Source: Bacillota bacterium
GTDB lineage: Bacteria; Bacillota; Sulfobacillia; JAJZYS01; JAJYTV01
NCBI GenBank assembly: GCA_021793215.1
Contig: JAJYTE010000001.1
Span: 18,329-82,328, forward strand
DNA length: 64,000 bases
Direction: 5' to 3'
In this document: piece after piece, positions 55,473-64,000 of the stretch
How the letters are laid out: each line of letters begins with the position of its first letter
How positions within the stretch are numbered: the first letter of the stretch is position 1
Notes under the pieces: generated by a model
Seen by the model: only the letters and a program-made list of their open reading frames with translations
The model's database searches: none
Told to the model about the DNA's origin: nothing
Made by a program: the position numbers and the translations under genes

Positions 55473-56102
55473 TTGCCGAGCGCGAGCGTCGCGCGGGAGA
55501 AGATTCTCCGGGCCGCCTTCGACCTCTTCGCGGAGAAGGGCTACGCGGGTGCGACGACCCGGGAGATTGCGCAGCGGGCCGGTGTCAACGAAGTGACGAT
55601 CTTCCGGCAGTTCGGAAGCAAGGAGATCCTCTTCCAGGAGGGCATCGAGCTCCACTCTCCGGTATCGATGCTGACGGCGGAGCTGCAGGAGCGACTCACG
55701 GGCGACGACGTGCGCGCGAACCTCGAGCACCTCGCGGAGCAGTACCTCGCCATCGCGGTGCCTAGCGCGAAGGTCATTCACATCGGTATGGCCGAGGCGT
55801 CGCGCGATCCGGAGCTGCACCGCATGACTGCGCAGATCCCGCAGCGGCTGGAGTCCCACCTCGCAGACTACCTCGAGGCATTGCGGGCGAAGGGCGAGGT
55901 CCGCCAGCGCGACTACGCGATGCTGGCCCATCTCTTCTACAGCATGCTGCTGCGCCACGCCCTCACCTCGAGCGGGGCTCCTGCAAGCATGCAGCGACCC
56001 GACATCCCCGACGCGGGCGTCGCAAAGACGCTCGCGGATCTCTTCGCATGCTACCTCCAGACCGTAGATGACATCGGATCGACCGAAGGAGGAACCCCTT
56101 GA
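55473..56102 (+). CDS. TetR family transcriptional regulator
   Basis: TTG start 7 nt after GGAGGTGG. HTH ...REKILRAAFDLFAEKGYAGATTREIAQRAGVNEVTIFRQFGSKE.... The stop overlaps the MFS start (TTGA). Confidence 0.8.
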   Translation: MPSASVAREKILRAAFDLFAEKGYAGATTREIAQRAGVNEVTIFRQFGSKEILFQEGIELHSPVSMLTAELQERLTGDDVRANLEHLAEQYLAIAVPSAKVIHIGMAEASRDPELHRMTAQIPQRLESHLADYLEALRAKGEVRQRDYAMLAHLFYSMLLRHALTSSGAPASMQRPDIPDAGVAKTLADLFACYLQTVDDIGSTEGGTP

Positions 56103-58075
56103 GCCAACCCGAGTTTCTGCCGATCACGCCGGAGCAGCGACTCAGCCTGATCGGCGTCTTCCTAGCGATTTTCCTTGCGGCGCTTGACCAGACGATCGTG
56201 GCGACAGCCCTGCCGAACATCGTCGTCGAACTGCACGGCACCAACCTCTACGCCTGGGTGGCGACGTCGTACCTCCTGGCCTCCACCGTCGCGCTGCCGA
56301 TCTTCGGCCGCCTCGCGGAGATCGTGGCGCGCAAGTGGGTGCTCCTCAGTGCCGTCGCCATCTTCCTGGTCGGGTCGGCGCTCTCCGGCGCGTCGACCTC
56401 GATGGTGGCGTTGATCGTCTTCCGAGCCCTTCAGGGGATCGGGTCCGGCGGCATCTTCGCCGTCGGGGTGACGGTGCTGGGGCTCCTGTTCCCGCCGCGG
56501 CAGCGCGGCCGCATCCAGGGCTACTTCGGCGCGGTGTTCGGCATCGCGAACGTGCTCGGGCCGTGGCTCGGCGGCCTCCTGACGGACCACCTCTCCTGGC
56601 ACTGGATCTTCTACGTCAACATGCCGTTCGGCGCGATCGCGGCGTACTTCATCATCGTGCACATGCCGCGCCTTCAGCCGCAGACGCGCCACCGCTTCGA
56701 CTACGCCGGCGCATCGGCGATCGCGGTGATGACGGTTCCCCTGCTGCTCGCGCTCTCCTGGGGCGGGAGTTCCTACGCCTGGACGTCCTCCACGATCCTT
56801 GGCCTCTTCGCGCTGAGCGCCGTCGGCATCGCGCTGTTCATCCTCGCCGAACTGCGCAACCCCGAGCCGCTCTTCGTACTCGACATGTTCCGGGGGATCA
56901 CGTTCCGCTGGGCGATGATCGGATCGTTCTTCTACGGTGCGGCCTTCCTCGGCGCGCTGCTCTTCCTGCCGCTTTACCTCGTGCAGGTGCAAGGCATCTC
57001 GCTAACGGACTCCGGTCTGTCGCTGACGCCACTGACGCTTGGGATCGTCGTTGGGAGCTTCGTCACCGGCCAGCTCGCGTCGAAGCTGGGCCGCTACAAG
57101 GGCCTGCTGGTCGTCGGGCTCCTATGGCTGACGGCGACGCTCTACGGCTTTCACCTGCTGCTCGGGCTGCACACGCCGCTCTGGCAGATCTGGATCGTGA
57201 TGGTGCTCGTGGGCATCGGGATGGGCCCCGGCATGCCGACCTACACCCTGGCCGTGCAGAATTCTGTGCCGCTGAGCCGGATGGGTCAGGCGTCGAGCGG
57301 TGCCCAATTCTTCCGCCAGATCGGCTCGTCGCTCGGTGCCGCCCTGATGGGCGCCGTGCTCGTCTCGAGCATCCAGGCCTACATCCCGAAGTACCTGCCA
57401 GCAGGCATGCACGGCGCCCAGAGCCAGTTCTCCGCGTCGCAGGCGAGCGGCGCCGGCACTGCGTCGATCAACTCGACGGTCCACAAGACCTTCCAGGCGG
57501 CAGAACGGCAGGTCACCCTGGCGCTTGCCGGCAACGCGCAAGCCTACGCGGCCGTGCTGCGCAGCCGGGACATCCCGGCTGCGTACAAGGCGAAGATCCC
57601 TGCAGGCGGAGTGCCTGCCGAGGTGCGGGCCGGCTTCTCCAAGGCGAGGACGCTGATCGCGCGGGCCATGGAGGGAGACGCGGCGGCGCAGCGCGCCGTG
57701 CAGGCGAATCCCGAGATCCCGACGCAGGTCAAGGCGCTCGTGCAGAATCCACCGAAGAGCGCGACCGTGCGGCAGGGCGAACTGGCGCAGATCGACGCGC
57801 AGATGCAGGCGGCGGAGCCCCAGGCGATCGCCCAGGCGGTTCGAGAGGCCCAGTCCTCCGTGCGCAGTGCGCTCGGCAAGCTCGAGCGCCAAGTGACCCA
57901 CGATCTCGTGCGCGGGCTCGACGAGGGCGTGACGCAAGCGGAGCGCAGCATCTTCCTCTACGCCGCCGTGCTGGCGTTTCTGGCGCTCCTGTTCGCGCTG
58001 CTGTTGCCGAACGCGGAACTCAGCCACAAGCACCAGGCGGCCGATCACGGCCCAAAGCCCGATCCGTCGCCCTGA
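56099..58075 (+). CDS. MFS drug:H+ antiporter, DHA2 (14-TMS) family, with ~230-aa C-terminal extension
   Basis: ...LDQTIVATALPNI... motif A; 14 predicted TM segments. After ~aa 430 comes a hydrophilic Ala/Gln-rich domain and a final TM (LYAAVLAFLALLFALLL). Confidence 0.85.
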   Translation: MSQPEFLPITPEQRLSLIGVFLAIFLAALDQTIVATALPNIVVELHGTNLYAWVATSYLLASTVALPIFGRLAEIVARKWVLLSAVAIFLVGSALSGASTSMVALIVFRALQGIGSGGIFAVGVTVLGLLFPPRQRGRIQGYFGAVFGIANVLGPWLGGLLTDHLSWHWIFYVNMPFGAIAAYFIIVHMPRLQPQTRHRFDYAGASAIAVMTVPLLLALSWGGSSYAWTSSTILGLFALSAVGIALFILAELRNPEPLFVLDMFRGITFRWAMIGSFFYGAAFLGALLFLPLYLVQVQGISLTDSGLSLTPLTLGIVVGSFVTGQLASKLGRYKGLLVVGLLWLTATLYGFHLLLGLHTPLWQIWIVMVLVGIGMGPGMPTYTLAVQNSVPLSRMGQASSGAQFFRQIGSSLGAALMGAVLVSSIQAYIPKYLPAGMHGAQSQFSASQASGAGTASINSTVHKTFQAAERQVTLALAGNAQAYAAVLRSRDIPAAYKAKIPAGGVPAEVRAGFSKARTLIARAMEGDAAAQRAVQANPEIPTQVKALVQNPPKSATVRQGELAQIDAQMQAAEPQAIAQAVREAQSSVRSALGKLERQVTHDLVRGLDEGVTQAERSIFLYAAVLAFLALLFALLLPNAELSHKHQAADHGPKPDPSP

Positions 58076-58134
58076 CGGCGTAGCGCAGCGTATGGTAGGG
58101 TCAATGTAGCGAAACGGGCTTCCCGGGAGGCGAC

Positions 58135-60018
58135 ATGCTCCTCGAACTCAGTGGCGTCGCGGCCGAAGTCTCCGGCCGGACGCTCTTCTCCGACATCTCC
58201 GGCCGCCTGCAGGCGGGGGAGCGCGTCGGACTCACAGGACCGAACGGTGTCGGCAAGACGACGCTGCTGCGCATCGTCTCCGGGCTTCAAGCGCCCGCGC
58301 AGGGCGACGTGCGCCTCCAGGCCGGGATGCGCCTCGGCTACCTGCCGCAGGACCTCGACCTTGGCAGCAGCGGCACGCTCTGGGAGTATGCCCTCGCAGC
58401 CGGAGGCGACGAGGTGCGAAATCTCGAGCGTCGGCTGCGCCGGCTGGAACTGGAGATGGCGGAGGACCCCGCGAAGATGGACGCCTACGGCGGCGCCTTG
58501 AACGCGTATGAGCAGAAGGGCGGCTACGCGTGGGAGGCGAGGGTGCGCCAGCACCTGCGTGGCGTCGGATTCGACGCCCAGGAGGAGGCTCTGCCGCTCG
58601 CCGGGCTCTCCGGGGGACAGAAGGTCCGCCTCGCGCTCGCGCGCCTGCTCCTCGAGTCTCCCGACGTGCTGCTTTTGGACGAGCCGACCAACCACCTCGA
58701 CCTGCCGTCCCTTGCCTGGCTCGAGGAGGCCCTGCTCGGCCAGAAGGCCGGCATCCTCTTCGTGTCGCACGACCGCGCGTTCCTACGTCGGATCGCGACC
58801 CAGATCTGGGACTTCAGCCCCTTGGGCTTCCAGGTCTTCAGCGGGGGCTACGAGGCGTACCGCAGCCACCTCAAGGCGTCGATGGAGCAGCACGAGGCGC
58901 AGGCGCAGCGCCTCGTGCAGGAGCGCGAGAAGCTGGAGGCCTACGTGCGCAAGTACAAGGCGGGCAACCGTGCGACCCAAGCGCATGACCGCGAGCGAAA
59001 GCTCGCGCGGCTCGGCGCGGTGCAGGGGCTGCAGCGGGAGCATCGCATGCGCCTCGACCTGCACGGCAAACCGGCTGGCGAGCGGCGCATGTTCCTGCAG
59101 GTCCGCTCCCTCGGCCTTGCCTACGGCGAGCGGACCCTTTGGCGCGGGGTCGACTTCGTCCTGCCCGAGAGCGGGCGGCTCGGGATCGTCGGCAGGAACG
59201 GCAGCGGCAAGACGACCTTGCTGCGCGCCCTGGCCGGGGAGATCCGCGTCGACGAGGGGGAGGTGATCTGGGCGCTCGGCGCCCAGATCGGCATGCTGCG
59301 CCAGGAAGTGGCGATCGATGGCGAGACGCCGCTCGACGCGCTGTTGCGCCTGCGCGGGCAGACGGTCTTCACCGCGCGCAGCCTGCTCGCGCGCCACCTC
59401 TTCACTCGCGAGCAGATCGATACGCCGGTCGACGCGCTGTCGGGCGGCGAGCGCAGCCGCCTTGCGCTCGCCGTGCTCGTCGCGCAGGGCGCGAACGTGC
59501 TGCTCCTGGACGAGCCGACGAACCACCTCGACGTACCGGCGCAGGAGGAACTCGAATCGGCGCTCGCCGCGTTCCAGGGAACGGTGATCCTGGTGAGCCA
59601 CGATCGCGCGCTGCTCGCGTCCGCGGTGGACACCTGGGTCGTCCTGTCGGGAGATGGCCGCTGGGCGCAGATCACGAGCTGGCAGGCGGTTGCGGAGGAG
59701 ATCGCGCTGCAGCAGGTGCAGGCCGCGCCGAAGGAGGAGGTGCGCACGCGCACCGGCGATGCGACGCAGCGTGCGCGGCGCGCACTGCGAGCGGAGCGCG
59801 CGCAGCGGCGCACCGAGCTCTCCCGCCTCGAGCAGGAGATCGCGGCGCTGGAGGCGGAGCGCTCGGACCTCGAGCGGGCACTGCGCGAAGGGAGCGGCAA
59901 CGCCCTCGCGCAGGAGGCGACGCGCTACTCCGAGGCGATTGAGGAGCTCGAGCAGAGGTACCTCCGTTGGTCGGAGCTCTCGGAGGAGGCGGAGGACGAC
60001 GCGGGCGAGCCGGACTAG
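58135..60018 (+). CDS. ABC-F family ATPase (two ABC domains, no TMD; Uup/EttA/ARE type)
   Basis: Walker A GPNGVGKTT and GRNGSGKTT; signatures LSGGQKVRLALARLL and LSGGERSRLALAVLV. An inter-domain linker and a C-terminal coiled-coil tail (...RAERAQRRTELSRLEQEIAALEAERSDLERAL...) are present. Confidence 0.85.
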   Translation: MLLELSGVAAEVSGRTLFSDISGRLQAGERVGLTGPNGVGKTTLLRIVSGLQAPAQGDVRLQAGMRLGYLPQDLDLGSSGTLWEYALAAGGDEVRNLERRLRRLELEMAEDPAKMDAYGGALNAYEQKGGYAWEARVRQHLRGVGFDAQEEALPLAGLSGGQKVRLALARLLLESPDVLLLDEPTNHLDLPSLAWLEEALLGQKAGILFVSHDRAFLRRIATQIWDFSPLGFQVFSGGYEAYRSHLKASMEQHEAQAQRLVQEREKLEAYVRKYKAGNRATQAHDRERKLARLGAVQGLQREHRMRLDLHGKPAGERRMFLQVRSLGLAYGERTLWRGVDFVLPESGRLGIVGRNGSGKTTLLRALAGEIRVDEGEVIWALGAQIGMLRQEVAIDGETPLDALLRLRGQTVFTARSLLARHLFTREQIDTPVDALSGGERSRLALAVLVAQGANVLLLDEPTNHLDVPAQEELESALAAFQGTVILVSHDRALLASAVDTWVVLSGDGRWAQITSWQAVAEEIALQQVQAAPKEEVRTRTGDATQRARRALRAERAQRRTELSRLEQEIAALEAERSDLERALREGSGNALAQEATRYSEAIEELEQRYLRWSELSEEAEDDAGEPD

Positions 60019-60027
60019 CGGCGAAGC

Positions 60028-60906
60028 CTAGAGCGGGGAGAGTTCCCGAACGCCTCCCGGGGAGACGTCGAGCACGAAGTTGTCGATCAGGCGGACGCCG
60101 CCGACGTACGCGGCGACAGCGAGCAGGACGCGCCCAGTGACGCGCTCGAGGGGGGAGAGGTCCTTGGGATCCACTACGGCAGCGTAGTCGGGCCGTACGG
60201 CAGGATCCTCGGAGAGGACGCCGTGCATCGTGCGGGCGACGACCCCGGCGTTCCGCTCTCCCGCCTCGAGAAGTGCTCGTCCGGCCGAAAGGGCCCCGAA
60301 GAGCCGCAGCGCGCGCTGGCGCGCGGACGCGTCGAGGTGGACGTTGCGCGAGCTGAGCGCGAGTCCGTCGGACTCCCGCACGGTCGGGACGACCATAACG
60401 GCCACCGGCACGCTCAGGTCGTGCACCATGCGTCGGACGACCGCGGTTTGCTGCCAGTCCTTCTGGCCGAAGAAGATGGAGTCCGGCTGCGCGATCTGCA
60501 GCAGCTTCAGCACAACCGTCGCCACCCCTTGGAAGTGCGTCGGGCGCGTCTCGCCCTCGAGTACGCGCGATAGTTCCGGCAGGGAGACGAAGGACTGCAT
60601 CGGCTCCGGGTACATCTCCTCGATGGAGGGGGTGAAGGCGGCATCGACACCGGCTGCGCGCAGCATGCCGAGGTCCCGGACGAGATCCCGCGGGTAGCTG
60701 TCAAAGTCCTCGGTCGGGGCGAACTGCAGTGGGTTCACGAAGATGCTCGCAACGACGAAGCCGCATTCGCGCCGCGCTGCGGCGCACAGGGAAATGTGCC
60801 CTTCGTGGAGGTAGCCGAGCGTGGGAACGAGGCCGACGCGCGAACCACCTGCGCGCGCGGCGCGCGCCGCGGCGCGCACCTCTTCGATCCTGGTGAACTC
60901 TAGCAC
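60028..60906 (-). CDS. panC: Pantoate--beta-alanine ligase
   Basis: GTG start abutting the panB stop. ...GLVPTLGYLHEGHISL... (HxGH-type) and ...FFGQKDWQQ.... Confidence 0.9.
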   Translation of the reverse strand: MLEFTRIEEVRAAARAARAGGSRVGLVPTLGYLHEGHISLCAAARRECGFVVASIFVNPLQFAPTEDFDSYPRDLVRDLGMLRAAGVDAAFTPSIEEMYPEPMQSFVSLPELSRVLEGETRPTHFQGVATVVLKLLQIAQPDSIFFGQKDWQQTAVVRRMVHDLSVPVAVMVVPTVRESDGLALSSRNVHLDASARQRALRLFGALSAGRALLEAGERNAGVVARTMHGVLSEDPAVRPDYAAVVDPKDLSPLERVTGRVLLAVAAYVGGVRLIDNFVLDVSPGGVRELSPL

Positions 60907-61806
60907 CTATCTCGGTCCTCCGTAGGGATTGCCGACTTCGCCGCTGCCTTCCCGGACGCCCTCGGGATGGCGCCGTTCGACCCGCCGCACCGCCGCGAGG
61001 ACGTCCGCCTCCGCGTCGCCGAGGGTCGTAGCGTGTTCCGGCCCTGGGAAGGCGCCCTCGCGCACATCGTGCGCGTATGAGACGGCCGCATCCTTGATCG
61101 CCTGTCCGATCTCCGCGTAGCGGCGGTTGTGCCGCAGGACACCGCCGCCGATCCCAAGCATGTCGTGCAGGACGAGCACCTGCCCGTCGCAGCCGCCGCC
61201 CGATCCGATGCCGATCGTGGGGACCTTGAGCCGTCGTGAGATCTCGGCCGAGACCTCAGCCGGCAAGAGTTCCATGACGATCGCGCAGGCGCCGGCGTCC
61301 TCGAGCGCGAAGGCGGACTCCATCAGGCGGGCGGCGGCCTCGGCCGTGCGCCCCTGCACGCGGAAACCCAGCGCGTGCACCGACTGCGGCGTGAGGCCGA
61401 TGTGTCCGATGACAGGGATGCCCACCTCGACGAGTCGGCGGACGGTGGGCGCAACCTCCGTACCGCCTTCCAGCTTGACCGACTGGGCGCCGCCGTCCTG
61501 CATCAGTCGCCCGGCGTTCCTCAGCGCCTCCTCCGGGCTGACCTGGTAGGTGAGGAACGGCATGTCGGCTACCACGAGCGCCTGATCGACCGCGCGCGCG
61601 ACCATCCTCGTGTGGTAGAGGATGTCCTCGAGCGTCACCGACAGCGTCGTCGCCTGTCCCTGCACCACGTTGCCCAGGCTGTCACCCACGAGGATCGCAT
61701 CGACGCCCGCAGCGTCGATGATGCGCGCCGTCGGGTAGTCGTAGGCCGTCAGCATCGTAATCTTCTCGCCGCGCTCCTTGCGCTCCATGAGCCCTCTGGC
61801 GGTCAT
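60907..61806 (-). CDS. panB: 3-methyl-2-oxobutanoate hydroxymethyltransferase
   Basis: MTARGLMERKERGEKITMLTAYDYPTARIIDAAGVDAILVGDSLGNVVQG..., with a ~35-aa C-terminal tail. The track ORF to 62469 is an extension through panG. Confidence 0.9.
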   Translation of the reverse strand: MTARGLMERKERGEKITMLTAYDYPTARIIDAAGVDAILVGDSLGNVVQGQATTLSVTLEDILYHTRMVARAVDQALVVADMPFLTYQVSPEEALRNAGRLMQDGGAQSVKLEGGTEVAPTVRRLVEVGIPVIGHIGLTPQSVHALGFRVQGRTAEAAARLMESAFALEDAGACAIVMELLPAEVSAEISRRLKVPTIGIGSGGGCDGQVLVLHDMLGIGGGVLRHNRRYAEIGQAIKDAAVSYAHDVREGAFPGPEHATTLGDAEADVLAAVRRVERRHPEGVREGSGEVGNPYGGPR

Positions 61807-61814
61807 GCGCTTCG

Positions 61815-62687
61815 TCACCGCGTACTCACCTCCGCGAGCAGTTGTAGCATTTCCTCGGCGCGCAGCGCCCCTGGACTCCCCTTCTCGGCCGCGAGGCGCA
61901 AGAGGACCGGCAGGAACGCGGCGTAGACCTCCGCAGGCAGGCCGGAAAGCGCCTCGAGATGGATCTGCACCGTGCCGACGTCGCCGCGCTCCACGGCGCC
62001 CGTCAGGGCCTGCGGGATGCCGACCGCGGCGACGTTGCGCAGGGTGCCCTCGGCGAGCGGAAGGAGGTCGCGCAGGGCGGCATTTCGCTCGTCCGCCGTT
62101 GCCATGGGCCCCGCGGCCGCCTCGGCGGCGACGGCCAGAAGGCCGACGAGGGCGTTGCTCGCGAGCGCCGCCGCGGCATGCAGCAGCGGCTTGCGCTGCG
62201 CCGAGATGCGCAGCGGAGTCATCCCCAGCGCGCGCGCCAGCTGCTCTGCGCGCGCGGCGACGGCGTCCTCCCCCTGGATGGTGCAGACCGCTCCCGCGAA
62301 GGCGCCGCGGCCCTCCGCCGGCCTGGCGATCGACTGCACCGGGTGGAGGGAGACGACCTCGGCACCCAGGGCTGCTGCCGGCGCCAGAACCGACGTGTCG
62401 AGCACGCCGGAGGTGTGGCAGACGACTTGCTGCGCGCGCAGCCCGCCCTGGGCCGCGAGCGATGCGCAAACCTCGGCGATCCGGGCGTCGGGAACGGTCA
62501 GGTAGACCCAGTCGGCCGCGCGGCAGAGGGCTGCGGCGTCCGAAAGGACAAGGCCCGTCGCCTGCGCGAAGCGCCTTTGGCTCTCGGGGCCGCCGCCGGC
62601 GGCGCCCAGGACCTCCTGCAGACCGCCGAGCGCCAGCGCCAGCGCAGTGCCGACGCGGCCGGGTCCGACGATCGCGGCACGCTCCAA
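61815..62687 (-). CDS. Rossmann-fold DUF2520-like protein, candidate ketopantoate reductase PanG
   Basis: N-terminal AIVGPGRVGTALALAL dinucleotide-binding motif. It lies 8 nt upstream of panB in the same operon, an arrangement known for PanG-type KPRs. Confidence 0.5.
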   Translation of the reverse strand: MERAAIVGPGRVGTALALALGGLQEVLGAAGGGPESQRRFAQATGLVLSDAAALCRAADWVYLTVPDARIAEVCASLAAQGGLRAQQVVCHTSGVLDTSVLAPAAALGAEVVSLHPVQSIARPAEGRGAFAGAVCTIQGEDAVAARAEQLARALGMTPLRISAQRKPLLHAAAALASNALVGLLAVAAEAAAGPMATADERNAALRDLLPLAEGTLRNVAAVGIPQALTGAVERGDVGTVQIHLEALSGLPAEVYAAFLPVLLRLAAEKGSPGALRAEEMLQLLAEVSTR

Positions 62688-62805
62688 CGCCTTCGCCTCC
62701 CGCCCAATTCTAGCATGTGGACGGAGCGCTGCAGAGGCGGCGAAAGGCCGCCTTGCCTCTGTGCGCTATGATATGTGAAGCATGCGATGAGCCGGAGGGG
62801 ATCGA

Positions 62806-63591
62806 TTGCCGCCGACCTTCCCGTCGAACCCGTTCCGAGACGCGCTGGGCATCGAGATCGAGATCCCGAAGCGCGGCGCTTGCGTCGCGCTGTTGCCTGG
62901 CCTGCCCGCATCGCGCGATCCCTCGGGGGGGATCGCCCAGGGCTCCTTGGCGACGCTCTGCGACATCGCGATGGGCCACGCCATCGGGGGGCAACTGCGG
63001 GCGGACGAGCCGTTCGCGACAGTGCACCTGCAGATCGCCTTCCACCGCGCGGCGGGAGACGGCCCGCTGCAGGGTGAGGGGGATGCACCGCCGCTGGAAT
63101 CCGGCTGGAAGGAGGCCATGGCGACCTGCCGGGTCCGGCGGGAGGACGGCGGCCTGGTGGCGACCGCCCAGGGCTACTTCGCGCGCCGCCCGCCCGGCGC
63201 TGCGCGGCAGCCGCTGCCGGCCGCGGACCGAAGTGCGCAGCCGGACCTGCCTGCGCTGCTCGGGCTGCAAGGCGACGACGCGGCCCTGCGGCTGGCCGTC
63301 GGCGGCGCCCTCCTGAACCCCGACGGCGTCTGCCATGGAGGCGCTCTGGCCGCTGCGCTGGACCTCGCGATGCGCCGCGCGCTCTCCGCGCGCTCCGCGG
63401 GGAGGGATATCGCGCTGCGCACCCTCGATGTGCGCTACATCCTACCGGCCCTGCCCGGCGATGTCACGCTCGCGCCCGGCATCGACCGCAAGGGACGCGC
63501 CATCCACTTCGCGCACGCGCGCGCGCTTGGTGCCGACGAGCGGACGCTCGCGGCCGCCGTCGGCATCTACGGGGCGGGCTTCCCGGCGTAA
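62806..63591 (+). CDS. Tandem hotdog-fold PaaI-type thioesterase
   Basis: TTG start after GGAGGGG. Two repeats of the PaaI pattern (...NPFRDALGIEI...SLATLCDIAMGHA... and ...LNPDGVCHGGALAAALDLAMR...). Confidence 0.6.
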   Translation: MPPTFPSNPFRDALGIEIEIPKRGACVALLPGLPASRDPSGGIAQGSLATLCDIAMGHAIGGQLRADEPFATVHLQIAFHRAAGDGPLQGEGDAPPLESGWKEAMATCRVRREDGGLVATAQGYFARRPPGAARQPLPAADRSAQPDLPALLGLQGDDAALRLAVGGALLNPDGVCHGGALAAALDLAMRRALSARSAGRDIALRTLDVRYILPALPGDVTLAPGIDRKGRAIHFAHARALGADERTLAAAVGIYGAGFPA

Positions 63592-63651
63592 GGGACTGCA
63601 GCGTGCAGCTGCGTGCGGCGCGCACGTGCGCATGCCGCGATAGCTTGTACA

Positions 63652-64000
63652 ATGGGTGTGCGCGCTGATCTCGTGGGGAGCGTGGACTGCATCAGCTTCG
63701 ACCTCGTCTTCCTGCAGGGCCTCTTGGGAGCCGTTTCACCGTGCGCCTGGCCCTTGCCGGTCACGGCGATCGTGCTGGCGCTGGCCGGCGGCAAGGGACA
63801 GGCTGTCGTTCGAAACCGCCTGCTCGCCTACGCCGCCGGATTCGTCGTCGCGTTCACGCTGCTGCACCTCTACGGGACACCCCTCGCGGCCTGGCTGGAG
63901 CGGCGCAGGTTGGTGGGAGAGCTGGCGCTCGCGTTCCTGCTGGCCTACGAGGGTCTCTTCCTGTTCGGCGTGAAGAACATCTGGGCGCGACTGCGGGCCG
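63652..64000 (+). CDS. ccdA: Cytochrome c-type biogenesis protein CcdA/DsbD-like (5' part; continues past window end)
   Basis: Frame-1 translation ...DCISFDLVFLQGLLGAVSPCAWPLLPVTAIVLALAGGKG...LAYAAGFVVAFTLLHLYG... with the CcdA SPC motif. It has no stop before the window end, so it is absent from the ORF track. Confidence 0.6.
   Translation, partial: MGVRADLVGSVDCISFDLVFLQGLLGAVSPCAWPLPVTAIVLALAGGKGQAVVRNRLLAYAAGFVVAFTLLHLYGTPLAAWLERRRLVGELALAFLLAYEGLFLFGVKNIWARLRA

Noticed and set aside
1-64000. CRISPR arrays, tRNA/rRNA genes, IS elements, integrases, prophage or plasmid functions
   Set aside because: No direct-repeat/spacer array, no cloverleaf-length conserved stretches in intergenic gaps, and no transposase, integrase, recombinase or phage structural ORFs were seen. 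The window looks like core chromosome.

Overview
This is a 64 kb chromosomal segment with very high GC (about 70% by eye) and dense coding on both strands. I found no rRNA, tRNA, CRISPR array, transposase or integrase, so it does not look like a mobile island, and I found no defence-type or otherwise novel system here — the finds are regulatory and evolutionary oddities in an otherwise housekeeping region. Gene content (small acid-soluble spore protein Tlp, a Bacillus-FadR-style fatty-acid degradation cluster, panG-panB-panC, a proS T-box leader) points to a high-GC spore-forming Bacillota of the Symbiobacterium/Thermaerobacter/Limnochorda kind. That assignment is inference only.

Main blocks, in order:
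- **Mn homeostasis (1-4900):** a partial MFS exporter, then a tandemly duplicated Mn-uptake module (operator, DtxR-family repressor, Nramp/MntH). The first repressor copy is collapsed to a 43-codon in-frame deletion remnant. A third, divergent Nramp homolog with non-canonical metal-site motifs sits at 32.2-33.5 kb.
- **Beta-oxidation-like cluster (4.9-14.9 kb):** acyl-CoA dehydrogenase, a MaoC-like hotdog pair, FabG-like SDR, EtfB/EtfA, MBL-fold hydrolase, fatty-acid-CoA ligase, second SDR, thiolase, and a convergent TetR. A perfect 16-bp palindrome lies upstream.
- **asnB pseudogene (15.1-16.6 kb):** asparagine synthetase with a lost start codon and two frameshifts.
- **16.6-24 kb:** PIN-PhoH (PhoH2) ATPase, Tlp, then a cell-envelope cluster (GT-C glycosyltransferase, membrane-anchored protein, secreted amidase-domain protein), cytosine deaminase, and a TM2-domain protein.
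- **24-29 kb:** OmpR/histidine-kinase pair with a downstream LTXXQ (CpxP/Spy-like) secreted protein and a large BNR/Asp-box beta-propeller.
- **29-41 kb:** kynureninase, an AmiS/UreI-like membrane protein, a lipoprotein, the third Nramp homolog, a methyltransferase, a class-V aminotransferase, a CoA-transferase, a fused MacB-type ABC transporter and an aquaporin.
- **41-55 kb:** 2-oxoglutarate dehydrogenase E1/E2, an MFS transporter, a frameshifted tandem AHSA1 gene, murB, proS with a T-box leader, glpD and glpK.
- **55-64 kb:** an RRM-type RNA-binding protein, a TetR / DHA2-MFS / ABC-F module, panG-panB-panC, a tandem hotdog thioesterase and a partial ccdA.

Several strong GC hairpins act as bidirectional terminators. 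All coordinates come from the ORF track plus manual start refinement; nothing was database-searched.
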